A DNA stretch of 64,000 nucleotides from Selaginella moellendorffii (lineage: Eukaryota; Plantae; Lycopodiophyta), in NCBI RefSeq assembly GCF_000143415.4, contig NW_003314288.1, positions 357,838-421,837 on the forward strand. Direction: 5' to 3'. The first letter of the stretch is position 1. Every line of letters starts with the position of its first letter. The notes below the pieces were generated by a model. The model saw only the letters and a program-made list of their open reading frames with translations, was not told the origin of the DNA and searched no databases. Of the stretch, positions 22,570 through 34,564 are shown piece by piece. Made by a program: the position numbers and the translations under genes.

Positions 22570-25240
22570 CAAGTAGACCGCAACCAAGTCTAAGGTAGTG
22601 ACTCAAGGATAAGTGTCACTTATAGTACTCAAGGATATAAGCTTTTATATTCCTCCAATAGAAATTGTGCTTAATCAACTCATATGTCTTCTTACCCCCA
22701 AAATGACTAGCCTCTTGACAATTATGATAGTGAAATAAAACCTGAATAATTAATGCATCCACTTGTGGCAAATATATATGGCCATTGTAGTAAAGAATCC
22801 CATCCACCAATGAAAAAGGTGCTTTCATCTGGGCTTGCAATGAGACCACCTCAACATCTCGAGCCTAAACACACTCAACCAACTATGCTAACCATCTTAC
22901 TTAAAAATGATAGCAAAACCATGTTTATAACGCTATCACATGGCAAATATGAGATAAAGCATCTGCCACCATATTTGATTTTCCCAGACAATGCTCAATA
23001 GGAAACTCCCCAAATTCCATAAGTTTGACTATCCAATGAACTTACTTAGTGTTCAACTCCTTTTGTGTGAAAAAATATACAAAGGGTTTGTGATCTGTCA
23101 ACACCATGAACACTGCACCATAAAGATAGTGTTGCCACGTAAAGCATGAACAATGGAAAGTAACTTTTGCTCATATATGGAATAGTATTGCTCCGTGAAA
23201 TTCAAAGTTCAACTCTCATATGCAATAGGTTACCCTTTTTGCATAAGAACTCCTTCCAGTGCATAACCACTCGCATGACATATCACCTCATAAAGTTTTG
23301 ATGGATTAGCAATGTGAAGCACTGGAGCGTCGCTTAACAACCGTTTCAATGCCACAAAACTATCCTCATGTGGTTTCTTCCACTTGAATGGCACGTTCTT
23401 GTGCAACAATCGTGCTAAAGGAATAGCCACCTTTGCAAACTTATGCTGAAAATGTCAGCAATAACTAGCCATACTAAGAAAACTACGTAACTCAGCCACT
23501 AAAGTTGGTGTAAGTTAGTTCTCCACCATAGCCACCTTCCCTGGATCCGTCTTGACACTCTTGGATGTTATAATATAGCTTAGACATTCCATCTTCAACT
23601 TTGCGAACTCACATTTGCTCTTTTTCATATAAAGTTTGTTATTATGGAGTAACAAAAGAACCTTACGCAAATGCACCTTATGCTCTTCCATAATTTTTCT
23701 GAAATGGATGCTAGTAAATTGGCCGTGTCCCCAGCTCCAACGTAATCCCATGCTCCACACGTCATAATCGAGGCAATCCATGAGGAATTTTAGAGGGAAA
23801 AACATTAGAGAACTCTTTGAGTATAGTCTGCACTACTGCCTCTCCTCCACACGTGGCTTGGTCCCCCAAGTTATAAACAAACAGTAAGTAACTCAAAAGT
23901 GTTTTTCCATTACGACAAGCCCGCTTCAAAGATGTAGTGAAGAGCATAACAACTAAAGGTTGAACTCCCTCTTCAAACCACACATCGTTAATGCCACTGT
24001 ACTTCACACTTAATACTCCACTTTATCTCCGAATCCACCTTCACCAACTATGACATCCCAAGAATGAGATCCACATGATGAAGATCTGTGAGATAAAAAG
24101 TCTCCACAAGTGTGGTTTTGCCAACCAATACTTCCAGCCTTTTTACACAAGTATCGAAATGCCGAGTAAAGGTAACTACACCTTTTACCATATATGGAAG
24201 AACTTTTTGTGTCACCAAGCCATGCTCCTCAACAAACTTTGTGGAAACAAAGTTGTCATCACTTCCATTGTCCAATAAAATCTACATTGAACTGCCACGG
24301 AACACACCCTCTAGCAAGCTGATGCACAAGTGTCCTCGACCTTCATTTTGTTCCACACACAGTTAAGTTGATGAACAACAATTAAAAGCCTCTTCCTCCA
24401 ACTAGAATGGTCATCCTCGTCATCTTTGCGTTGCAAATCTTAGTATCTAACTTACCATTAGTAGAAGATTGGCCATTCTTGTTGCCATGTTATTTGCTCT
24501 TCACTGTGGACAATCAGATTTGTAGTGTCCTAACTTGCTGCAATGATGACAACTTTATCTAAAATTCTTCACAAAGAATTTCTGATTCTTTGACCCCTGT
24601 GTACTTGAAGTAGCCACTATAGACTTCAGCTTGTGATGTTTATTCCCATCCTTGTGTCCACAACAATCATCATGACGATTTTCAACAGAAAGACTCCTCG
24701 AACACTTGTGAAACTTATATTTGTCATTGTCAAGTCGACGAGCAGCATCAAAGACCTCTTCCAAACTCTTTGTACATTGAGAATGACGCAAGTGTTGCCG
24801 CATGCTTTCACTATGATGGCCATCAATGAAGTAGGACTTGTTTTGATTTGGATCTTTTATTGGAACACGGCTAATCAAGCAAGTTAGCTTCTCAATATAG
24901 TCCCCAAGCTTTATTTTCCCTTGCTGAAAATGTCGAAGTTCAGTGTGAGCATTCTCATATCATAGTGAGGAGTAAAACGTAAATGGAAAGCAACCTCAAA
25001 CTCATCCATTGTAGACACTAATGGTTTTTTATCCACAACACAAGACTCCTCAAGTTAATTCCACCACCAAAGACTTACATCACACAAAACCATTGAAATA
25101 TCTATTAAAGCCTTTGCATCCAGAATTCCTTTAGTAACCAAAAACTTCTTCACATTAACTAGCCAAGCTAGACACTCATCCACACCACCATCACCAGAAA
25201 AGGTTAGAATCTTGAGTCAATCCAACCTTTTCTTCATTAG
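22570..25240 (-). mobile_element. Decayed Ty3/gypsy gag-protease-RT-RNaseH-integrase start
   Basis: DNGSDDNFVS/DLILG (protease), HLRKVLLLL..NKLYMKKSKCEF (RT), DAPVLHIA...HASGYALEGVLMQ (RNase H), GHIYLP...HFGGKKTYELIKHNFYW (integrase Zn region). Confidence 0.85.
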
Positions 25241-25246
25241 TGAATG

Positions 25247-26889
25247 GAAGTGTACGAATTTGCAAGAGTGACCGGCAATTCCCAGTTTATTTTACTTCCT
25301 TTTCAGCCATACAAGCTTATTTATGCGTCAATGCTTGCTGAAGCTGGAAAGATAAACGAAGCTTTAAGGTTGGTGATTTTTAACTGTATGCTTCATTAAC
25401 ACAAGGTTTCTCTTCGAAGGTATTGCCAAGCAGTGTTGAAAACGTTGAAAACAGCGGGCCATGTAGCTGATGTGTGCAAAGAAGCGGCTGTAGCCTTGGA
25501 AGAGCATCTTCGTATCCACTCTCAGGTTTGTAAGCGGACACTCGGCTTTTATATGCACTTTCCTGTTATCCAGGGAGGCTCTGACGTCAATTGTGCAACG
25601 TTTTTTTGGCAATATTGGTCTACACAAGATGATAGGCCCGTTGCCCCCGAAAGCTTCTGATAATGCTGATATTAATAACTGTCCCGCAACAGCTTCTAGC
25701 AGAAGCAGTGTATCACTTGCTTCGTCAGCATCAATGGAACCCATAAGTGATAATACGAGAAGATCCAACATGCCAGCGAGAAGCATTTCTGAGACTGACT
25801 TTAGGCCTGCACAGGTAACTTGACTTGCTCTTGTGTATCTTCGATTAAGACTTGTATTCTTTCATCAGATCGTTAGTCCAGTGAAAGGAACGCCAAACAG
25901 AGGCGTCTTTACTTCTTTCGTGCAAAGAGTGATGGGCTTCATAAAAACACCTTCGAAGGAGGTTTGTAGAAGCTTTGGAAAGAGTGCTAGCTGATTGATG
26001 GTCGGGTATGTGATGCAGGCAAAGCTTGGCGACAGCAACAAGTTTAGATACGACGAGACACTGAAGTGCTGGGTTGAAGAACGAGCCGAGGCACAAGCAC
26101 CAGACCTTCCATTGGCTCCTCCTCCCACGGCAAACAAGCTCGTCTCGCGTGTGGAGGAGAACGGCACTCCTATTTCCATGTCTCCCGAGAGACCAGAGCC
26201 AACTCCAGAAAGGCCGCAACCGGTTGTGAGTGGAATCCCACCAATGCCTCCAAGCAGTAACCAGTATGCAGCTCGCGCACGTCAAAACGTTAGATCAAGG
26301 TACCGTTTTGGTCATTCCCAGCACTCCAATCTCACGAGGTTTTTGCAGATATGTCGATACATTCAACAAAGGTAGTGTAACACCATCCAAGACATCATCG
26401 GACTCTCCTCCACTGTTTGGCGTGGTGCCAAAGGCAAGCGCAAAGCCTTTGGCTCCAGCGAGATTTTTCGTGCCTGCGGCCGCTGCTGCCGCTGCTCCAG
26501 ATATCAACAGCAACCATTCGGTGGATCCTTACTCGGCACCGGCCTTTGTCTCCGACACGGCGTTCTCAAACGGGAATGGAGCATTCGCTCAGCTGGTTGT
26601 ACAGGATATGAGAAACGATCCGGGGCCAATGCCTGATCATCTCTCGAGCAGCTCTTCACCAGCAATGTTCTATTCGAATCACTATCCAGCAGCACCGTCG
26701 ACCGTCTCGTTGCCGCCACCTCCAGCTCTGGAAGTCACTCCACCAGTGATGGTCGAGCAGCAGCAGCAAAACCAACACCAGGAAAGTTCGATTAATCGGC
26801 ACCACCATCAACAGTCCGCCACAGTGGGATTCGAAGCTGCCAGTTCCTCTGGAGTGTTTGGAGACGACTTGCAAGAGGTGGAATTGTAA
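25247..26889 (+). pseudogene. SEC16: SEC16 (MAG5-like) COPII scaffold homolog, C-terminal portion; 5'-truncated with one apparent frameshift
   Basis: EVYEFARVTGNSQFILLPFQPYKLIYA, AKLGDSNKFRYDETLKCWVEE, GIPPMPPSSNQYAAR, RSRYVDTFN, ending DDLQEVEL*. GT-AG introns at 25369-25419, 25526-25573, 25815-25868, 25962-26018 and 26300-26348. Frame change near 25592. Confidence 0.85.
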
Positions 26890-27098
26890 ATCACACTCCA
26901 CAAGTAGTGTTGCTGGGTGGATTTTGGTAGAGCAGTGTGGCGAAGTAGTAGTCGTGGAAGGAGGAATTTTTTTTGGCTGGGGAGCCACGAGCGAAAAGCT
27001 CCTTAAAGTTGCTAGAGAAAGGAAACTCTTTACAGTGTAACAAATAAAAGCAAAGGCCTTGTGTGAATATACCTCGAATAATCTCCCGGATTTAAAAT

Positions 27099-28444
27099 AT
27101 GGCGCGCGTAGCTCACAAGCCGTCGTCTTGGTGGGATGAAACGCTGGTTGTCTACGGGCGGTGTGGGCATTTGGAGGAATCGAGAAGGAAGAACATCGCG
27201 TCGTGGACGTCTCTCGTGACCGCGTATGCCGAGAGTGGGCATCCGGGGGAGGCCAAGGCAGCGTTCGATCGAATGGCGGTATGGGACGTAGTTTCCTCCA
27301 CTGCGATGGTCAAGGCGCTGGGCGATTGCGGGCGGATTGGATCGAGCAAGGCGGTGTTTGATGCGATGCCCGAGAGGAACTGCAAGACGTGGGCGACGCT
27401 GCTGCGAGGATTTGCTCGCGGCGGAGAGATTGGGCGAGCGAGAGAAGTGCTGGATCGGATGCCCGAGACGAATGTGGTAGCGTGGACGATCCTCGTGCAG
27501 GGTTTCGCGCAGCGCGGGCGAGTGGGCGGTGCGAAGGCCGCGTTTGATTCCATGCCCGAGAAGAACAGCATCACTCGCGCGGTGATGCTCGTCATGTTTG
27601 CGGAGAATGGATTCGTGGAGGAGGCGGAGGATGTCTTCCAGGAAATTGTCCACCGAAACGCGATCCTCTGGGGCGCGATGCACTGCTGCTATGCCCAAAA
27701 TGGGGATTTGATTCAAGCCAAGAGTTTGTTTGATAGGATGCCTCAGCACAGCGTACTTTCGTGGAAGATTATGATCAAGTCATACGCGCAAAACGGTGAT
27801 GCTGATCAAGGAAAACACTTGTTTGAAGAAATACCACACAGAGATCTTGTTTCATGGAACGCGATAATCGCTATTTATGCCCAGAGAGGTCGTTTCCGGG
27901 CGTTTTCTTTGGTTTGCTGCTGGGATTCCTATTCATGGAACACAATTCTAGTGGTATATGCTCTAGATGTAAATATTCGTGATGCTAAGAAAGCGTTCGA
28001 TGAGATGCCAGCTTGGAACTTGCTCTCCTGGAACACGATTCTTGCAGCATATGCCCAGACCGGCGATCCAGCTCTTCTGGGCGATGTTTCTTCACGGCTT
28101 TGGCCCCGACAAGGCAGCGTTTGACATCGTTTTGATGGCGTGTAGCTATCTGGGGCTCGTCAAGGAAGCAGTAAGCTACTTCACGGCAATGAGCTTTGAC
28201 TATGGATTGGATCCTGCACTACACCTGCATTGTTGATGCTCTCGGACGACTAGGGCGATTGAAAGAGGCCGAGGATGTCCTGGAGAATATGCCTTTGCCA
28301 GCAGATGGAGTTGCATGGGCAACGTTTCTTACCGCGTGCAAAAACCACGGGGAGATGAATCGAGGGATGCATGCTGCGGAATTTACGTGCCAGTCCCTTG
28401 TGAGTGATGCATTGCCTTATGTGATGCTGGAGACTCCTCTCTGA
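27099..28444 (+). pseudogene. S/SS-motif-rich PLS/E-class PPR gene with frameshifts
   Basis: 31-aa repeats (FDRMPERNVVAWT-type). The frame is broken near 28065 and 28215, and the 3' end is deleted relative to the inverted copy. Confidence 0.85.
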
Positions 28445-29475
28445 GTTCCATATGTTATCCTCTCCGCTGGGCCTCAGCCCATTCTTGATATTTACGAAGG
28501 CTCCATTGGATGTTGATACAGAGAATTAAATTTAAAGACAATTGGCCCACTTTTATGATGGGCTTAATCTATGTTGAATGGATTGCTCTTTGCAAAGCAT
28601 GTATGCAAGGTGATTTTACAAGGAAATTTATCAAATCTTCCGCAAAGTCAATGCCATACCTGTCAAGAACCAAATCCTTGGAGAGCTTTAGGAATTAGTA
28701 TAGGGATATATAGGGATGCATAATGAACGATAGTTAAGTAATTTGATGATGAGAAGTTTGACATGGCACAAGCAGAGTGCGCCTCTCAAGGCATCCAAAT
28801 CTATGTTCTAGCTCCCATTTGGAAATAAGAAAGATTACAAGTGCCATTTCCTATCCCTTTGAAAACTTTCTTTCTATTCTGCAGGGTGGAGTTTTACATA
28901 TAATGTTGTTGTCACAAATAATTATAAAGCAAGTATAAGGGAATATTGCTTCTTCAATGACAACTAGCAATTTGTAAAATGTTTTGTGACCAACTATTCC
29001 CTTCTCTTCCAATATCATGGCATATAAGTATATGAAAATTTTCAAAACTATTATGTTGGAGTACAATCTTAATCATTCTTAAACTCTTAGGAATACTAGA
29101 CTCAACTCTTCAGTTCCCTTTAATCTTTCAGTCTAGCATCATTCCAAATACAGGATTGGTATTGCCTTTTGAGACAAGGATAATTAGTTGTTATTTCAAT
29201 TTACATTGAGTTATAATTTAAATAGATTGCTACTTTGTCCTCTATGACATGCTAGATGGAGAAAAAGTGTTATATAAGATCATATTTATTATGCATTCCT
29301 CAAGTATTCTTTACAATTCAAATATTTATTTTAATAGATTTTTTTTCTGCAGGCTATTTGAAAACGAACACGATTGCATAAATAGAAGATGATGGTCACA
29401 TTAGATTATGGTTTCCAGAAATGCAAATGATTCTTTCACAAGGTGTATAACCTATTTGCACACATATCATATTTT
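27657..29475 (+). repeat. Right arm of the inverted segmental duplication
   Basis: Reverse-complement match to 20187-22566, with indels. Confidence 0.9.
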
Positions 29476-29959
29476 TATATTATTTATTTTTCCACAAAAC
29501 CTATCTTTTATAGCTTCAGTTTTGAGTATTTCTTCAATGTAGGCACTATATTTTTGGTTTGCTTAATAGACACTACACATGTGACTATCACAGTCAAATT
29601 GTGATGGCCACATCAGCAATTTGAAGTAACGTTACCTTAGTACATATCACTAACACCATCATTTTTTTAATAGTGGCATTGTGATAGTGAAATCAATTTA
29701 AATGTTTTTCAAAACTAGCCTAGCTGGTTGACCACCATGAAACCTGTAATAGCAAGTTAAAATGCTGATGTGGCAGTTATTTCCTCCCGCCACTATTGCT
29801 GACATGTCAATTCATGGTTTTAGAGTCTTGAGTAGAATGGCAGAGCAACAGTTGAAAAATTTGGAGATTGTGTTCTCCACTCAATGTCAGCAAGAGTTTC
29901 TGGATGATGGTTCTCAATTCAGCAGGGGGAATTTTACTGCTCCCACTCCACTAAAGCCT

Positions 29960-30830
29960 CTAAAACCAACTAGAAATCAGGGGTATTGGTCTTTAAATGA
30001 ATTGTTGGCTCTGAATGAAGCAAATAAACATGATTTCTTCTTACAGTAGTGAGGTAGCATTCAGGAGGCACAAGACTAAAAGCGTTCATTGGCAGTAAGT
30101 TTCCGAGTAAGTTTTGGATTTTTTAAACTTCCAGTCATTCACTAAGTTTTTAGCTACTGTTTGACACATGGTGTCAACCATTTGCCTGGGCAATGCCAAT
30201 CTTGTTGGGAGTATATTTACAAAGAGTTCAACAAAATCAAGTCATATGAATATCATGTTCTTACTGGCAAATGCAGTATTGAAACATGACAACAGAACAA
30301 TGTCGTGAGGTTGATATACCACCAACATTCAATGATCAACTATATGCAATGATGGACGAGTGGCTTTAGGACTGTTAAACTGTAAATTCACAGAGACAAA
30401 CTTAGGAATCAATGTCTTCACCATCTACATCCCAACAATCATCATTACTGACACCAAGAGCTTCACAACAACAATCACTATTACCTCTATATGGAAAATT
30501 AGAGCCTAAAGGTATGTTTTGTAGTTTTTGTTTATAATCACTTTTGACAATGACAAAAAACAATAAGAATCCTAAAAAGCATAGTTTAGGCCGGCTGAGG
30601 AAGAAGTCTTGCACACAACTTGCAGAACAACTTGCAAAAGCATTGTGTGACAACAATGTAAGCCTCATTGATACAATGGAAAATAGCTAGAAGGAAATTT
30701 GTTATCATAATCTGAAGAAGGAAGAATTCATGGAGCGTACTTTGGTTGTGGATAGCTAGATGGTGAAGAGTGTGGATCAAGTAGCTCAAACCTTATTTGC
30801 AATTGCTGATTCTTTGGTAAGTCAATTCAT
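29960..30830 (+). pseudogene. Myb/SANT-like (trihelix) remnant, possibly a PIF/Harbinger accessory ORF
   Basis: YWSLNELLALNEA and CQSCWEYIYKEFNKIKSYE...PPTFNDQLYAMMDEWL resemble the trihelix pattern; many stops. Confidence 0.45.
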
Positions 30831-31309
30831 ATTATTATTCATGAACTTCACTTTTGTAGTTTACAGTTTTATTGATTACTATCTCCGAAGTGACAAGAGA
30901 GATGATGAACTGATGAAGATGTGATGATTTACCTGATCAACAATTCTAGGCCTAGCATTCCCATTGCCAATATCCTTGGATCAATTCCATCAATTTAGAT
31001 AGAGCATTCTTGTTGGAAGGACGTGAGCATTCACATAAAGCTGTTTGTATCAGTTGTCTGGCAATAGAAACACAAATGGATCAAAGTTAGATTGAAAGGA
31101 AGGAAAGAACTTTGCAAGAGTAAGTACCAAGAATGCCAAACTGCGAAATGACAATCTTTGTGTATGGTTGATTGAATCCCCTCTCAGTGACCACTACTCA
31201 GGTATTGCCTATAAGCTTGGCAATGTTGTGGGGATTCAAGATGAGATTTTTCCCAAGGAACGAAGAGAAAAAAATACATATTGGAAGTAAAGATTGCTTG
31301 TGTTATCTT

Positions 31310-33365
31310 TGACCACCCTAGTACTCCCAGCCAAAGGAACACCGAAGGAGCATTATGAGCAAATTAAGAATATAAAACAGCAACCAAAGGAAGGAATTCA
31401 AGACTATACTAGACAATTCAAATTATATGTAAAGAAATGTAAAGATCTTATCACCGACAAAAGCAAGAGTTTGTTTTATATACAAGGATTACGAGAAGCC
31501 TATTGCAACATGATAGCCTTGGCTGATACACCTAATAAAGAAAGTGTTAATTCACTATCTCAAGGAATCTTAAAACTTGAGAAATAGTTTAAGCAATTCA
31601 CTAAAGGTGAATCTTCTCATGCTAATGATAACTCAGATGATGAAGAGGAAGAAATACTAATCAAAACAAAAAAGAAACAGATACAGGGAAAAGACATTAG
31701 ACATGTATTGAAGAAGTTGGCTTTAACTGAACTTAAACAAGGAGTCTTTTGTACAAAATACAAAAATGAAGGACATTCTGTTTTAGACTGTAAATTCCAT
31801 TTACCCAAATGTCAGATTTGTGATATGGAAGGACATATAGCCAAGAATTGTTGATATAGAAATACCACCGAAGTTTCAAGAGTGGAAAATCTTCAATGAG
31901 GACCACTATAACAAAATTATCAAGGAAACAACAACCAAGAACAAAAACCACCAAGAAATTATTATTACCAAGATAATCAATAATATAATCAAGGATATAA
32001 TCATGGATATAATCCCCCACAAAATCAAAACTATAGTCAGGGACAAAACAATTTTAGAGGCAATTACAACCAACAATGATACAATAGACAACTAAACAAT
32101 TATCAACATCCACAAGGGAACAACTACAACCAAAGCCAACCAAGGCAATATAACAATTACAACAATCAAGCATCACAACAAAATTATCAACCAAGACAAA
32201 ATCAACCACAAGAAAATCAAATTAGACAACAATACAATCCACAAAACCAAAGAGTCAATTAAGCTCCTGCTGGAAGGCCACCAGCAGCACAAGTAGTTCA
32301 AGCAGAAGTTGATGTAGAAAATGAAGAACAACTAATGACTAAAGAACTAGAAGTTTTGGCAATCACAAGAACACAATATGAATATCAACAACCTGATAAT
32401 TATGAAGAACAAGATGAAAGTGATCAAGCATTAGAAATTGGGAATACCAAGTGGAAAAAGAGTAAGAAAATACTTAAAACTATTCAACAAGAGCTTCAAA
32501 ACAAAGATCCCAAAATTATTAATGATCAAATATACAATCAAGATGACCAAACTCAAGTATTAAGCTTTACTCAAGATGAGCATACAACCATTGCTGAGCA
32601 CATACTACAAAAGGGAATTACTTTAACCTTATAGCAAATATTGCAAATAGCACCATATATGAAAGACTAAATCTTAAAGATATGTAATCGAAAGATTCTT
32701 GAAGCTCACACACAAGAAAAACACCAATCTCAACCAGCACGACAAGAACAACCTGAAAGAATCCAACCCAGTGATTATGATGATAATGTACCTTGTATCA
32801 ACGTACACATTGGCAAAAATCATATTGAAAGAGCTATCTTTGATGGAGGTTCTGGGGTTAATATCATCGAATATGCACTATGTAAAGCTTTAGGACTCGG
32901 CAATATATAAACTGCACCATTCATTGTATGCATGGCTGATCAAAGAGTTGTCAGACTAGCAGGCATCATCTGTGATGTCTCTATGACAGTCAAAGGACAT
33001 AAATTTAAAGTTAACTTTGTTGTGTTAAAAATGCCGATTGAAGAATCTTCTTATGAAATCTTGTTAGGTAGACCTTGGCTTAACAAAGCTATTTCTACAC
33101 AATATTGGATGGAACATGAGATATGTATCCAATCCCAACAAGGACAAACTAAAATATTAACATTGACAAGCAAGAAAATCTCAAGAAGTTTCTGACCAAC
33201 ACAAGTTCAAGAATACAATTGGCAAGAAGGCTTAGATGATCTTGAAAAAGCTAAATTATTTGAAGCATATCCTGAACTTAAGGCAATCCAAGAAATTGAC
33301 CTCAATAGGATACTTCCTGTAACCAAGTGTCAAGACTATGAAGATTCAAAAACAATAGGAGCAGT
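31310..33365 (+). mobile_element. Decayed gypsy gag-protease remnant (second, A-rich family)
   Basis: IKQQPKEGIQDYTRQF (gag), Cys/His knuckle remnants, IFDGGSGVNII and YEILLGRPWL (protease). Confidence 0.75.
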
Positions 33366-33402
33366 TTGTCAAGCAACACCAGCCTCAGCAGCAACAGCCT
33401 CC

Positions 33403-34564
33403 TGTAAAGAACCAACTCGCCGAGGTGTCGTAGGCTAAAGGAACCCCAAACGCATGACCAAAATGACAAAGAGTTCATCGGATGGGACCAAGTCGAAGAT
33501 CGAATCCAAGACCGACTTTAGGACTGAGTTCGAGATAGAGTCCGGAATCGAGTCCGAGATCGACTCGACGACCGAGTTCGAGTCCGAGACCGAGTTTGAG
33601 ACGGAGTCCGAGATCCGAAATCGGGTCCGAGACCGAGTCCGAGGTCGAGTCCGAGGTCGGGTCCGAGATCGGGTCTGAGATCGAGTCCGAGATCAAGTCC
33701 GAGACCGAATCCGAAGTCGGATTTGAAATCGGGTCCGAGATCGAGCCAGAGACTAAGTCCGAATACTAATACGGGCCAAGGGGGGAAAGCCCAAAGCGGG
33801 GGTCTCCCAGGGGGGGGGGGGGGGGGGGGGCTGCAGGGGGTTCCAAAAGTATAGTAGAGATAGTAAGGTCCAGGAACCAGTCTTGAAGGAACTCTCAAGT
33901 GGTGCTTCCAAACTGACTTGAGGTTGAGACTGGGGCCGAGGGGCCTTGGGTGGGAGTGAGCATGGGCTTGAGTGGTGCCGGAGGGGTCACCCAGGGAAGT
34001 GCTCAAGAGCAGCTCCCACTCCCGAAAGGGAAACCGACTGCGGTGCTCCCGGCTCATGTGGAGTGGTGCCCCACTTGAGTACCTTGTGGCTCATTGGTCC
34101 TCGCCCTTCCTAGGGGCTTGGGCCTTCCCTTCGGGATGGAAGTGGGGGGGTAGAGGTACCCATACCGGGCCGTTAGGCCACGGTGTTTCACCCCGATGTC
34201 CCGAAGCAAGTGCTGCACCCAAGACTTGGGATGTAGAGGGTCCCATGATCAAGTCTTGTGGTACCAAGGGGGTTAGGAATCTGGAGGCTTGGTGTGCTTG
34301 GCTGCTTGTGCCTGCGGGGAGTGTAGCCGAACTTTAAGTCCAGTCTAACCCGGGGACGGGGATTGGGAGAGATTTGGGAATCCGTAGATGGATGGCTAAC
34401 ACTCCATTGCTCATGCAGTGAGTAGCTGAAACCAAGTAGGACCAAGTAGGAGCTGGTACCATAGGCGGGAGCCTTGGCGAGGGAACTTAGCACAAGCCAA
34501 GGCAGAGTTGGTCAGATAGACGAGGTAAGCTGGCAAATTGGAAAGGAAAAATTTGTGGCTTACA
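33403..34564 (+). repeat. 5' LTR with 6-bp CCGAGx minisatellite and poly-G tract
   Basis: High identity to 39778-40943. Confidence 0.95.

Noticed and set aside
27030-27749. 239-aa minus-strand ORF (and antisense ORFs over 13826-15865)
   Set aside because: Antisense shadows of GC-rich PPR coding sequence.
33454-34493. ORFs within the chromovirus LTRs (also 39829-40872)
   Set aside because: LTR and minisatellite sequence with no protein motifs.
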